Assembly (NCBI RefSeq): GCF_001412615.1
Contig: NZ_CP013011.1
Coordinates: forward strand, 330,001-362,000
Origin: Pyrodictium delaneyi
Lineage (GTDB): Archaea > Thermoproteota > Thermoprotei_A > Sulfolobales > Pyrodictiaceae
DNA: 32,000 nucleotides
Direction: 5' to 3'
Below, piece by piece: positions 7,999-16,295 of the stretch; positions within the stretch are counted from its first letter, which is position 1; each line of letters begins with the position of its first letter. The position numbers and the translations under genes are program-made. The notes beneath the pieces are model-generated. The model was not told the origin of the DNA and made no database searches. It worked only from the letters and a program-made list of their open reading frames with translations.

Positions 7999-8150
7999 TG
8001 TTTTCTTCAGGACTTCTATGGCTAGCCGGAATGTCAATCCTAAGGATTATAGCAGAGAATCCAGAACCTCAAACAGCACTAGCCTTCGCCGCATTGATGA
8101 TTGCCTCGGGATTCTCCGTTCATATGCATTGGGAGCGGCGCATCAGCTAG
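7998..8150 (+). CDS. Small hydrophobic protein (50 aa), second of three
   Basis: The ATG at 7998 overlaps the TAA of the upstream ORF by one base (TAATG). Two hydrophobic segments (SSGLLWLAGMSILRIIA, ALAFAALMIASGFSV). Only the 3' third of track ORF 7740-8150 is credited. Confidence 0.3.
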   Translation: MFSSGLLWLAGMSILRIIAENPEPQTALAFAALMIASGFSVHMHWERRIS

Positions 8151-8332
8151 TCGGAAAACTAGCAAGGAAAGTTTCAGTAGCGTGGCTTTCCTCAACGTTA
8201 TCAGGCTCGTCGGCCATAGTCGCTTACAGCATCAGTGATTCTCCAGCCTTACTAACAGCTGCTGGAGTACTGCTCTCCATTGGCCCTCTAGCCGAGGAAC
8301 TACTCTGGATACGTCTAGGGCTGCTACGTTAG
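8129..8332 (+). CDS. Small hydrophobic protein (about 67 aa), third of three; start uncertain (TTG at 8129)
   Basis: The third frame continues with hydrophobic segments (VAWLSSTLSGSSAIVAYSI, ALLTAAGVLLSIGPLA). The only nearby in-frame start is the TTG at 8129. Alternatively the three pieces are one frameshifted gene. Confidence 0.25.
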   Translation: MGAAHQLVGKLARKVSVAWLSSTLSGSSAIVAYSISDSPALLTAAGVLLSIGPLAEELLWIRLGLLR

Positions 8333-9840
8333 GATAAACCCACGTAACGCCCATGGGCTAGATGATGTACCTCTTCGCGTATACTATGCACTATCAGTAC
8401 TGGGACTAATATAAATGTATGAATTTCGAGCCGCCCCAGCGTCATTAGCGCCATGAGTACCAGCTTGGGCGCCATGTGTAAGTTTGCCCCGGTTATTCCC
8501 ACACTTAGTCCTACCGTGCAAAGCGCACTAGTAGCTTCAAAGAGTGCGTCTACGAGGTTTGTGCCGGGTACGAGGTGGAGTAACAGCAAGGCGCCAACGG
8601 CCTGGAGTATAGCGAAAAGAAAGAAGACGCTAGCCACTTTCACGATCTCTTCTTCACTAACTATTGTTCCGCCGACCTTCCGGGCGACATAGTAATCGGA
8701 TCCGTATATTATCCGGGCACTACTCCACTTCACCGACTTAGCCAGCACCATTACGCGGTAGAGCTTTACACCACCCGCGGTAGAGAAAGCCGAGCCACCA
8801 ACAAACATGAGGAGTACGAGTACATACTTGAGAGCCGCAGGTGCATGAGAGAGGCTGCTCACCTGGAAGCCGGTAGTAGAGAGAGCCGACACCACATAGA
8901 ACAGTATATCAAGTACAGGGAGACGCCCAGATACCAGTACTAGGCTTAGTACGAGGCCTATTGCTACAACTCCTATGTAGGCGTTTATTTCACCACTCAT
9001 CTTCCTCGGGATACCCTTGAGTAGTGCGTAGAGGTCTGCATAGTTCCATGCACCAATACTCATAGCAAGGACTGCAGCCAGGAGTACTGCTATAGCTGTG
9101 CGATAGTAGCCAAGGCTATAACTATGGCTACTAAACCCTCCCGTGGACAGCGCTGTAAGAGCGTGATATAGAGCATCGTTAGCCGGCATACCTGATACGT
9201 AGAATAGGACGGTAAAGAAGAACGTAAGGGCCACGTATAGGCCGAAAAGTGCTCTAACACTATGAGCTATGCTTGGTTCTAGTCTTTCGAATCGGCCTTC
9301 GGCGAAGCCTACTAGGTGTGCTGGGAGCCCGCCTAGCCGGGCAAACACGTAGAACATCACCACAATGCCGAAGCCGCCGAGCCATTGTGTCACAGCACGC
9401 CATGTCGTTATGACAAAGGGGAGTTCCTCTACTGAGGGTATGTATACGTTGTAGTCAGGGTCCACCGCGCCATTAAACACGCTGAGACCAGTAGTAGTAA
9501 AGCCACTAACAGACTCAAACCACGCGTCGATGAACGGGATGCCGAGGGCACAATGTATCGGTATCGCAGAGAGCAGTGGTGTTAGTATCCAGGCGAAAGC
9601 TACTAGGACTAGTGTTTCACCTATCTTTACTGGCCGTGTTGGCTTAGTGACCGTCAGCCAGATGAGAGCTATAAGAGAGTATACTAGGCTATATATTGTC
9701 AAGCAGAGGACGTATTCATCTGTTTCTCCTACTAGTAGGCTCCACACTGTCGCTAAGAGTAGTGGTGCTGCTGCAGCAACTAGGGATAAGGGCAGCATGT
9801 ACTTGACAAGAGGGTGCACAGTGAATCTAAGGCTTTTCAT
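8329..9840 (-). CDS. trkH: TrkH/KtrB-family potassium (cation) uptake transporter
   Basis: 503-aa polytopic protein with four repeated pore-loop signatures (TTGLSV, STGGFS, STTGFQ, CTVGLSVG) and FSTAGGVKLYRV. Confidence 0.85.
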   Translation of the reverse strand: MKSLRFTVHPLVKYMLPLSLVAAAAPLLLATVWSLLVGETDEYVLCLTIYSLVYSLIALIWLTVTKPTRPVKIGETLVLVAFAWILTPLLSAIPIHCALGIPFIDAWFESVSGFTTTGLSVFNGAVDPDYNVYIPSVEELPFVITTWRAVTQWLGGFGIVVMFYVFARLGGLPAHLVGFAEGRFERLEPSIAHSVRALFGLYVALTFFFTVLFYVSGMPANDALYHALTALSTGGFSSHSYSLGYYRTAIAVLLAAVLAMSIGAWNYADLYALLKGIPRKMSGEINAYIGVVAIGLVLSLVLVSGRLPVLDILFYVVSALSTTGFQVSSLSHAPAALKYVLVLLMFVGGSAFSTAGGVKLYRVMVLAKSVKWSSARIIYGSDYYVARKVGGTIVSEEEIVKVASVFFLFAILQAVGALLLLHLVPGTNLVDALFEATSALCTVGLSVGITGANLHMAPKLVLMALMTLGRLEIHTFILVPVLIVHSIREEVHHLAHGRYVGLS

Positions 9841-10037
9841 CCGGTTGTTCTTCTTACCCGTTGTTATCGCCCCAGAGTCTGCCTATCCAGACTAGGTGGA
9901 TTCACGCCCCATCCTAGAGGCTAACCATAGGGTTCCTAATACGGGTAGAGCCCTCAATGGGGGCCAGAATTGGGCCACCGGGCAGAAAATGTAAGGGATA
10001 CGTGGTTTTGCTGGAGGGTACTGCTTATCTGGTGACT

Positions 10038-11696
10038 TTATGCTGTTGCAGGTGCTAGGCTCTGCTGGGCTTGTTCTAGTAGCGCCTCAGCCTGGTCTAG
10101 CAGTATCTCGAGCCTGTCCGATATCCATCCATTCTCCGAGGCTAGATTCTTCTTTATCTCTGTAAGCTTCTGAAGAGCCTCGTCTACGTAGCTCAGAGCG
10201 GCTGAATTGTCTCCAGCAGCTAGTGCATTTCTAGCCGAGTTTACTAGCTCTCTCAGCACTGCTAGGGCGTTTGCCGTCTCTTTTTCTCCTGCTAGCCTAG
10301 CTATTCTCAGTGCAGCCGCCAGTATATGATCCGCAGCCGCTAGTGAGCCCCTCGCTGTCATGGCTGGAGCAGCCCTCGCCTCCTTTTCGACCCGGTTGAG
10401 GAGCCTCTCTACGCGGTCAAGGAGTTTCTCTACAATGTTAGCTGCTGGGCCTAGTCCAGCTAGGTTGTTTCTTACCTGCTCTAAGGCTGCACGTGTCGCG
10501 TTAACCGCTTCAAGTAGGCTATCGAGCCCTACCTTGCCGGCCATATAACTCTTCAATGCATCGGAGAGGTTAGCCAGCATTGACGCTGTGTTCCGGATAT
10601 TTTCACGCACAGTGCTGGGCACAGCCGGCCTCTCGGCAGCCTTCTCGAGAGCATTGCTTAGGCGGTCTAGGAGCCGGGCCAGCAGCGATAGGTCGTGTGC
10701 CATCATGGCGTGGCTGAGCTTCTGCCTGGCTGCAATGATCTTTGCGTCGAGGCTTGGCAGCATCCAGCGGCTCCGAAGCACCAGCGCCAGGTCGTCCTGG
10801 TCCGCCTCGCCCGCTAGTGTAGCATTCACCGCCGCCATGAGCCTCTCTAGCCGCTCTCGTAGGACCTCTATCCTCTTCTCCAGCGCTTGTGCAGCCCTGT
10901 CGAGGCCCCTGCTCCTCAGCTCTTCTGCGCGCTGCTCGAGCTGTTTCAGCCTCTCCTCCAGGATCTCTATCTTCTTCTCCAGCTTCGCCGCCACGTTACA
11001 TGCTAGAGCACGTGTCCATAGCTGATTTAGCTCCTTCGCAAGGCTGCGCGTCTCGTTCCGTAGCCCGGCTAGCTGGCTCCTTATCATGGCGAGTGTCTCG
11101 TTGGAAACGTCTCCACCGAGTAGCCCGAGTGTCTGGTTGTAGAGATTCTCAACCTTCAGCCGTAACTCCTCCGCTTTACCGGCGATCTCCTCGGCCTCTC
11201 CTGGGCTTGGCATACACGCTGTAACATTAGTGGCATTGACAGTTGCTAGTGTCAAGTTGCCTAGCCGTTCTGCCCTCACAGCTATACTGGCTAGTATCCT
11301 GAGTAACAGTCTCTCCTCGGCGAGAAGCCGCCGGACCTCGATCGCGAGTGTTGCCGGGGCCTGGGAGTACTCTCTTACAGCTTCACGTATGATACTGCCT
11401 ATTTCCCGGAATAGTTCGCCAGCAAGTCGGGCTGCATCACTCTTCTTGCCTTCGTTGAGCAGCTGTTCAACCGTGGCTACCTGCTCCTCTATGTTCGACA
11501 GTTTCTGCCATAGCGGCGAGTCGCTGGGAACACCTAGCCGCTCTAGTAGCCTCTTCGCGTTCTCTATGCTTGTCTCCAATGCTAGTACTAGCCCCGGTTC
11601 CTGTTGCGCCTTGGCTAGGGGGGCCGCTATAGGTACCAGGAGGAGGGCCAGCAAGACTATGGAGGCTAGTCTAGCACGATTCATCCTAGCTGTCAA
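10038..11696 (-). CDS. Secreted, almost entirely alpha-helical coiled-coil glycoprotein of unknown function
   Basis: Signal peptide MNRARLASIVLLALLLVPIAAPLAKA|QQ. The true start is probably the ATG at 11684 rather than the TTG at 11696. The remaining ~520 aa are Ala/Leu/Glu/Arg-rich with heptad-like repeats (e.g. LEKKIEILEERLKQLEQRAEELR, LEKRIEVLRERLERL). Nine N-x-S/T sequons. No C-terminal anchor. Confidence 0.75.
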   Translation of the reverse strand: MTARMNRARLASIVLLALLLVPIAAPLAKAQQEPGLVLALETSIENAKRLLERLGVPSDSPLWQKLSNIEEQVATVEQLLNEGKKSDAARLAGELFREIGSIIREAVREYSQAPATLAIEVRRLLAEERLLLRILASIAVRAERLGNLTLATVNATNVTACMPSPGEAEEIAGKAEELRLKVENLYNQTLGLLGGDVSNETLAMIRSQLAGLRNETRSLAKELNQLWTRALACNVAAKLEKKIEILEERLKQLEQRAEELRSRGLDRAAQALEKRIEVLRERLERLMAAVNATLAGEADQDDLALVLRSRWMLPSLDAKIIAARQKLSHAMMAHDLSLLARLLDRLSNALEKAAERPAVPSTVRENIRNTASMLANLSDALKSYMAGKVGLDSLLEAVNATRAALEQVRNNLAGLGPAANIVEKLLDRVERLLNRVEKEARAAPAMTARGSLAAADHILAAALRIARLAGEKETANALAVLRELVNSARNALAAGDNSAALSYVDEALQKLTEIKKNLASENGWISDRLEILLDQAEALLEQAQQSLAPATA

Positions 11697-11709
11697 TCCG
11701 GGCCCACCT

Positions 11710-11729
11710 CCAGGTGAAGGACCACCTGG
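11710..11729. other. Hairpin CCAGGTG-aaggac-CACCTGG in the 130-nt spacer upstream of the coiled-coil gene
   Basis: Perfect 7-bp stem read directly. A second 7-bp stem, GTTCCAG-n15-CTGGAAC, lies at 11766-11794, and GGAAC is repeated at 11790-11806. Confidence 0.4.
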
Positions 11730-11826
11730 TTGTATTCCTATTCAGAGCCGCGTTCCGTGTCCCTGGTTCCAGCACAGATTCATGAGTCTGGAACGGTGGC
11801 GGAACGCCTCCGGAAATCCCGCCGGG

Positions 11827-12309
11827 CTAGTCTTCCACGCCAGCTACATGTATTAGGAGCAGTACTAGCAGTAGGAGAGCTAGGATACGTTGCGAGTGGA
11901 TCATGCGCGCTATTAGTCGAGCTCTACGGTTCCTGTAATACCTCATCACTATACCGCTGAGCGTTAACACCAGTATGAGCGTTACAGCTGCATACTCCAC
12001 CGGTCCAGCCTTATCGATGAAAGTGTATGCGTGCCAGAGGGCCGGTATTGTTAGCACGATGTTGCCATCCATGTGTAGCTCGAGGGCAAGCCTCTGGAGC
12101 CCCGGCGGCGTGTTTACCACGAAGCGGGCCCAGCGTACAGCGACAAAACCTAGGTTCAATAGTAGGCCTAGATAGAATGCGATTTCGCCCATTGCTTCTG
12201 CGTACTCATTTTCGTACTCGTCGTACTCTCCGTACTCCTCCCAGTATTCTCCCACTTCGTCGCCATTGGCTAGAGCTGGCTTGACTAGGATAGTTGCAAA
12301 CCCTACCAT
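11827..12309 (-). CDS. Small polytopic membrane protein with an N-terminal Glu/Tyr-rich acidic segment
   Basis: MVGFATILVKPALA, then EYWEEYGEYDEYENEYAE, then about four hydrophobic helices, each with a His near one end (LELHMDG, LWHAYTF, MIHSQR, LLIHVAG). Same strand as, and upstream of, the coiled-coil gene. Confidence 0.6.
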   Translation of the reverse strand: MVGFATILVKPALANGDEVGEYWEEYGEYDEYENEYAEAMGEIAFYLGLLLNLGFVAVRWARFVVNTPPGLQRLALELHMDGNIVLTIPALWHAYTFIDKAGPVEYAAVTLILVLTLSGIVMRYYRNRRARLIARMIHSQRILALLLLVLLLIHVAGVED

Positions 12310-12521
12310 GATGAGTTAGGAGGATTAATGCTGCCCCGTATTGTTTAGTGCTCCTGTTCAACAGTACCACCGTTGTGTCTCGGAAGTGCCTTGCTGGGGC
12401 ATGTATTATCTCCTTGGTGTTATTTCTATGTTACCCTCTGGCGGGTATAGCGGAGTGCCTGGCATCGGGATTCTACTCCATGACGGCTAGGATTGGTTTC
12501 GTCCTACTACACACCTCGATT

Positions 12522-12548
12522 ATAACTAGGTTATCTAAATACTTATAA
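12522..12548 (+). promoter_or_regulatory. thi4 promoter region: inverted repeat ATAAC-tag-GTTAT abutting a TCTAAATACTTATAA TATA-like box
   Basis: Read directly. The TATA-like element is centred about 44 nt upstream of the TTG start at 12585, and the 5-bp-arm palindrome (12522-12534) sits immediately upstream of it. Confidence 0.4.
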
Positions 12549-12584
12549 CGCTGTTCTCAGTGGTGCTTTTCCGGTGCCTTCTCC

Positions 12585-13439
12585 TTGGGCATAGCTAGCT
12601 TCTACCCTGGTGAGCTTGAGAAGCAGTATAGCGAAGCAAAGCTCGCCAGGATAGCCCTCAAGGTGGCGTTGGAGAAGCTCAGCTACGCGGTCGAGGCGGA
12701 TGTAGCGATCGCGGGCGCTGGGCCGGCTGGGCTCACGCTTGCCTGGCTCCTAGCAGAGCAGGGGCTACGCGTAACCCTGGTCGAGCATAGACTGAGCACA
12801 GGTGGAGGGATGAAGGGCGGCTCAATGCTATTCCCAGTAGCACTAGTCGAGGAGGGCCTCGCCGCGGTCATCCTCGAGAAAGCTGGAGTGAGGCTACACC
12901 GTGTAGGGGAAGGCCTATACGCCATGGACCCAGTGGAGGCCGTGGCCAAGCTCACTGCCCGCGCAGTAGATGCTGGAGCCGTGATACTCCCCGGGCTCCA
13001 CGTAGAGGACCTCATAGTCCGCGGCAGTGGGAGTAATGTACGCGTCGCTGGTATCGTGGTGAACTGGGCCCCCGTTGTCGAGGCTGGCTGGCATGTAGAC
13101 CCGCTGTACATCGAGGCCCGCGCCGTGGTAGACGCTACCGGCCATGACGCGCAGCTAGCCAGGCTGCTTGAGAGGAGGCTCCCCGGTAGTCTGAAGGTCC
13201 CCGGCATGTCGAGTCTAGACGTGTGGACCGGTGAACGCCAGGTCGTGGAGCACACGGGCGAGATATTCCCGGGGCTATACGCGGCCGGCATGTCCGTGGC
13301 TGAGGTCTACAACCTGCGCCGCATGGGGCCCGTGTTCGGCGGTATGATAGCCTCTGCAGCGCGGCTCGCCGAGATGCTTGCCGAGAGGCTCGCAGGCAAG
13401 AGAATGGGCCTGGCAACGGGGGTGGCTAGGAGTGGCTAA
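12585..13439 (+). CDS. thi4: Thiamine thiazole synthase (Thi4 family)
   Basis: DVAIAGAGPAGLTLAWLLAEQGLRVTLVEHRLSTGGGMKGGSMLFP is the Thi4 dinucleotide-binding N-terminus. 284 aa. Its stop lies 7 nt before the thiC ATG. The TTG start at 12585 is inferred because there is no in-frame ATG/GTG before the GxGxxG region. Confidence 0.85.
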   Translation: MGIASFYPGELEKQYSEAKLARIALKVALEKLSYAVEADVAIAGAGPAGLTLAWLLAEQGLRVTLVEHRLSTGGGMKGGSMLFPVALVEEGLAAVILEKAGVRLHRVGEGLYAMDPVEAVAKLTARAVDAGAVILPGLHVEDLIVRGSGSNVRVAGIVVNWAPVVEAGWHVDPLYIEARAVVDATGHDAQLARLLERRLPGSLKVPGMSSLDVWTGERQVVEHTGEIFPGLYAAGMSVAEVYNLRRMGPVFGGMIASAARLAEMLAERLAGKRMGLATGVARSG

Positions 13440-13446
13440 GACGATT

Positions 13447-14808
13447 ATGCAGGTTGCTCGGGGCGGCGGGACGCCAGAGGAGCTTGAGACTCTATCCAAG
13501 CTTGAGGGTGTGCCCGTCGAGAAGCTGCGAGCCCGGCTGGCCCAGGGCAGGATAGCAGTTCTCCGCAACGTCCGCCGGCTCGGCAGAGTGAGGATCGTCG
13601 GCGTCGGGGAGGGGCTCTTCACCAAAGTCAACGTGAACATTGGGACTAGTGGCACTGTGGTCGACGTCGATATGGAGGCTGAGAAGGCCCGGATAGCAGT
13701 GCGCTACGGCAGCGACACGGTTATGGATCTCAGCATGGGCGGGCCCCTGGACGAGATACGGCGTCGCCTCATGAAGGAGGCTGAGCCCCTCCCACTAGGC
13801 ACAGTGCCGACTTACCAGGCCTGGGTCGAGGGCCTCCGACGCTACGGAGGCCTCACAATGCCCAGCGACTGGTTCATAGAGGTTGTGGAGAGGCAGCTCC
13901 GGGACGGCGTAGACTACATGACTATACATGCCGCGCTATCCCGGGAGCTCGCCGAGAAGGCGCTGAAGAGCAGCAGGGTTATACCGATAAACAGTCGCGG
14001 CGGCGCCCTCCTCGCAGCCTGGATGCTCGAGAACAGGGAGGAGAACCCCTACCGCAGGCACTGGAGCTACCTCCTAGAGCTCTTCGCCGAGTACGACGCC
14101 GTGATAAGCGTGGGCGATAGCCTCCGGCCCGGCGCCCTGGCGGACCAACACGATGAGCTACAGATCGCGGAGCTGATAGAGGCCGCGCGGCTCGTGGAGA
14201 GCGCTCGTAGGGCCGGGGTGCAGGTTATAGTTGAGGGCCCCGGCCACATGACACTCGACCAGATACCCGCCAACGTCAAGCTAATGAAGACGCTGACCAG
14301 GGGCGCCCCATACTACGTGCTAGGCCCCCTGCCGACCGACACCGCGATGGGCTACGACCACATAGCCCTAGCGATAGGCGGCGCCGTGGCGGCTGCAAGT
14401 GGCGCCGACTTCCTATGCTATGTGACGCCCGCCGAGCACCTAAGCCTGCCGACACCTGAGCAGGTCAAGGAGGGCCTCATAGCGGCGCGGATAGCAGCCC
14501 ATGCAGCCGACATAGCCAAGTATGGTGCCAGGGCAGCCCGCCGGGACGCAGAGCTAAGCCTCCTCCGGGCAAAGCTAGACTGGGAGCGTATGTGGAGCTA
14601 CGCGCCCGACCCAGAGCACGCCAAGAGGATATACCACCAGTTCCCGGCAGCCACCAAGGCCTGCAATATGTGCGGCCAGTACTGCGCCTGCATGATAATA
14701 GACCGGCTCAGCCAGAGCAGGCCAAAGCCGACGCTACAACAGCTACTAGAAAGGCTAGGAGACGGAGGCGACGCAGCACAGCTACTAGAACAGCTCACAG
14801 CACCCTAG
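13447..14808 (+). CDS. thiC: Phosphomethylpyrimidine (HMP-P) synthase ThiC
   Basis: TVMDLSMGG, YMTIHA, IVEGPGHM and the C-terminal Cys cluster CNMCGQYCAC. The ATG at 13447 (MQVARGGG...) is preferred over the track start at 13378, which overlaps the thi4 3' end. Confidence 0.9.
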   Translation: MQVARGGGTPEELETLSKLEGVPVEKLRARLAQGRIAVLRNVRRLGRVRIVGVGEGLFTKVNVNIGTSGTVVDVDMEAEKARIAVRYGSDTVMDLSMGGPLDEIRRRLMKEAEPLPLGTVPTYQAWVEGLRRYGGLTMPSDWFIEVVERQLRDGVDYMTIHAALSRELAEKALKSSRVIPINSRGGALLAAWMLENREENPYRRHWSYLLELFAEYDAVISVGDSLRPGALADQHDELQIAELIEAARLVESARRAGVQVIVEGPGHMTLDQIPANVKLMKTLTRGAPYYVLGPLPTDTAMGYDHIALAIGGAVAAASGADFLCYVTPAEHLSLPTPEQVKEGLIAARIAAHAADIAKYGARAARRDAELSLLRAKLDWERMWSYAPDPEHAKRIYHQFPAATKACNMCGQYCACMIIDRLSQSRPKPTLQQLLERLGDGGDAAQLLEQLTAP

Positions 14809-15045
14809 GCACCGGATGCACCAACTAGCCCGCCCAGCCATGAATAGCAGCCCAAGGGGGCTACAGCGGGTTTTACTCATATACTATGGCTACAGACCCT
14901 GGAGGCGCTCATCCCCTCGGTGTCGTAGAGGCTTAGGTATGTTCACGAGTTCCCGGGGACTTGTGCCCATCCTCCAGTCCTTAATAGCCTAGATAGCAGA
15001 GCGTCCCTCTGTGGAGGAACGCCGTCCTGGGAGCGGTGGAGCATT

Positions 15046-16104
15046 GTGACCAGGCTCTACTATGCACTGCTTAGCGGGCTCCACGCCTCGCTGCCCCTGG
15101 CGGAGCTCCGGGGTATACTGGAGGCCCTGGGCCACCGGTACCAAGTAGTAGAGGTGCTCGACCAGCTCGCCGTATTCAAGTGCAGCTGCGAGGAAAGCAA
15201 AGCCGTAGCGTGGAGGGCCGGACTAGTGCACGAGACCGGCAGAGTGCTAGCAGCCACGGAGGCCCGGCTAGGCGACGTCCTAGAAGCGCTAGAATACGTC
15301 GACTGGTGCAACATAGTCGGGCAGGATGATCGGGTACGGGTAGAGCTGCACCGAGTCCGCGGCTACGCCCGCAGTACGCTCCCCGACGATACAGCAAGGC
15401 GGGCGGCCCAGCGGCTTGAGGCGCTCCTCCGCCCCTGCGGCGCAGTAGCAGCTGCCAGAGAGCCGACGAAGACACTCCGGATAATAGTCACGGAGGGCGC
15501 CGCCGTCCTGGGGCTCCGGGAGGGCGTGCAGCCCAAGAAGCTGCTCGAAGAGCACCGGCCCCAGCGCCGCCCCTTCTTCCACCCCGGCAGCCTAGACCCC
15601 CGGCTCGCCCGGCTCTTCGTAAACCTCTCCCGCGCCGCCCCGCCCGGCCCCTACCTAGACCCCTTCTGCGGCACCGGCGGCTTCGCCCTAGAAGCCCAGA
15701 CCCTAGGCATACCAACGATATGCGGCGAGCTAGCAACCCGGCTAGCCGAGGGAGCACACCGGAACCTCAGAGCCTACCCGGGCGAAGCACTCACAGAGAC
15801 CCTTCAGTGGGACGCCACCAAGCTCCCTCTACGCGACGAGACAGTACAGAGCATAGGCACAGACCCACCCTACGGCAGAAGCATCTCGCTAAGAGGCAAA
15901 CCCCTCCAAACACTCCTCCAAAACTTCCTCCAAGAAGCAGCCCGAGTACTCCAGCCAGGAGCCTACCTAGCATACGCTACACCACACTGGGCAGAAGACA
16001 AGGCAATAGAATACACCGAACAAGCAGGACTACAACCCCTAGAAAAACACTACATGCGAGTACATGGAAGCCTCACACGGGTAATAATACTAGCCAGGAA
16101 GTAA
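15046..16104 (+). CDS. THUMP-domain SAM-dependent RNA methyltransferase (archaeal Trm11/Trm14-like tRNA m2G methyltransferase)
   Basis: N-terminal ~170-aa THUMP-like region, then SAM motif I LDPFCGTGGFALEA and catalytic DPPYG. Confidence 0.8.
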   Translation: MTRLYYALLSGLHASLPLAELRGILEALGHRYQVVEVLDQLAVFKCSCEESKAVAWRAGLVHETGRVLAATEARLGDVLEALEYVDWCNIVGQDDRVRVELHRVRGYARSTLPDDTARRAAQRLEALLRPCGAVAAAREPTKTLRIIVTEGAAVLGLREGVQPKKLLEEHRPQRRPFFHPGSLDPRLARLFVNLSRAAPPGPYLDPFCGTGGFALEAQTLGIPTICGELATRLAEGAHRNLRAYPGEALTETLQWDATKLPLRDETVQSIGTDPPYGRSISLRGKPLQTLLQNFLQEAARVLQPGAYLAYATPHWAEDKAIEYTEQAGLQPLEKHYMRVHGSLTRVIILARK

Positions 16105-16295
16105 AGCGGGGCAGAGAGGTAGTTAACGCCACAACCCCGAAGGACAAACAATCTTACAAGACAATTAACAGTTGTCTATAGATAAACAAGAACCTAATAA
16201 GTCACTGTAGAAGCAAAGACAAGCGCCAATAACCTATCTAGCATCGAGGTAAAAACGGTAACCTAGGATACGAGTTTCCTGAACTCTATTAAGTC

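Noticed and set aside
10360-11856. Plus-strand ORFs antisense to the coiled-coil gene (10360-10548, 10588-11025, 10889-11224, 11230-11856)
   Set aside because: Ser/Ala/Arg/Leu-rich translations are the expected complement of Glu/Leu/Ala codon repeats. The minus strand has a signal peptide and a coherent heptad pattern.
11975-12284. Plus-strand ORFs antisense to the 160-aa membrane protein gene, plus 11730-11960
   Set aside because: No motifs, and they overlap a hydrophobic ORF with coherent TM helices.
12348-12548. 66-aa Cys-rich hydrophobic ORF in the thi4 upstream region
   Set aside because: It runs through the thi4 TATA box and palindrome, has no promoter of its own, and has odd composition. 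Treated as non-coding leader or promoter DNA.
12310-12584. Possible TPP riboswitch upstream of thi4
   Set aside because: A vague CTGGCGGG...GCCTGGCATCGGGA resemblance exists, but the sense strand lacks the CUGAGA core and a proper CUGG/CCAG pyrimidine-sensor helix. I know of no TPP riboswitches in Crenarchaeota.
13378-13446. 23-codon N-terminal extension of thiC overlapping the thi4 3' end
   Set aside because: The ATG at 13447 follows the thi4 stop by 7 nt and gives a normal ThiC N-terminus. The extension is Trp/Arg-rich and overlaps thi4.
12683-13655. Minus-strand ORFs antisense to thi4 and the thiC 5' end (12683-13291, 12915-13145, 13135-13416, 13275-13655)
   Set aside because: Ser/Thr/Pro/Arg-rich shadows. 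The plus strand carries unambiguous Thi4 and ThiC motifs.
15060-16181. Antisense or alternate-frame ORFs in the Trm11-like gene (15060-15314, 15176-15475, 15289-15582, 15488-15757, 15720-16181, 15791-15973)
   Set aside because: Gly/Arg/Pro/Leu low-complexity translations. The credited frame has the DPFCGTGG and DPPYG motifs.
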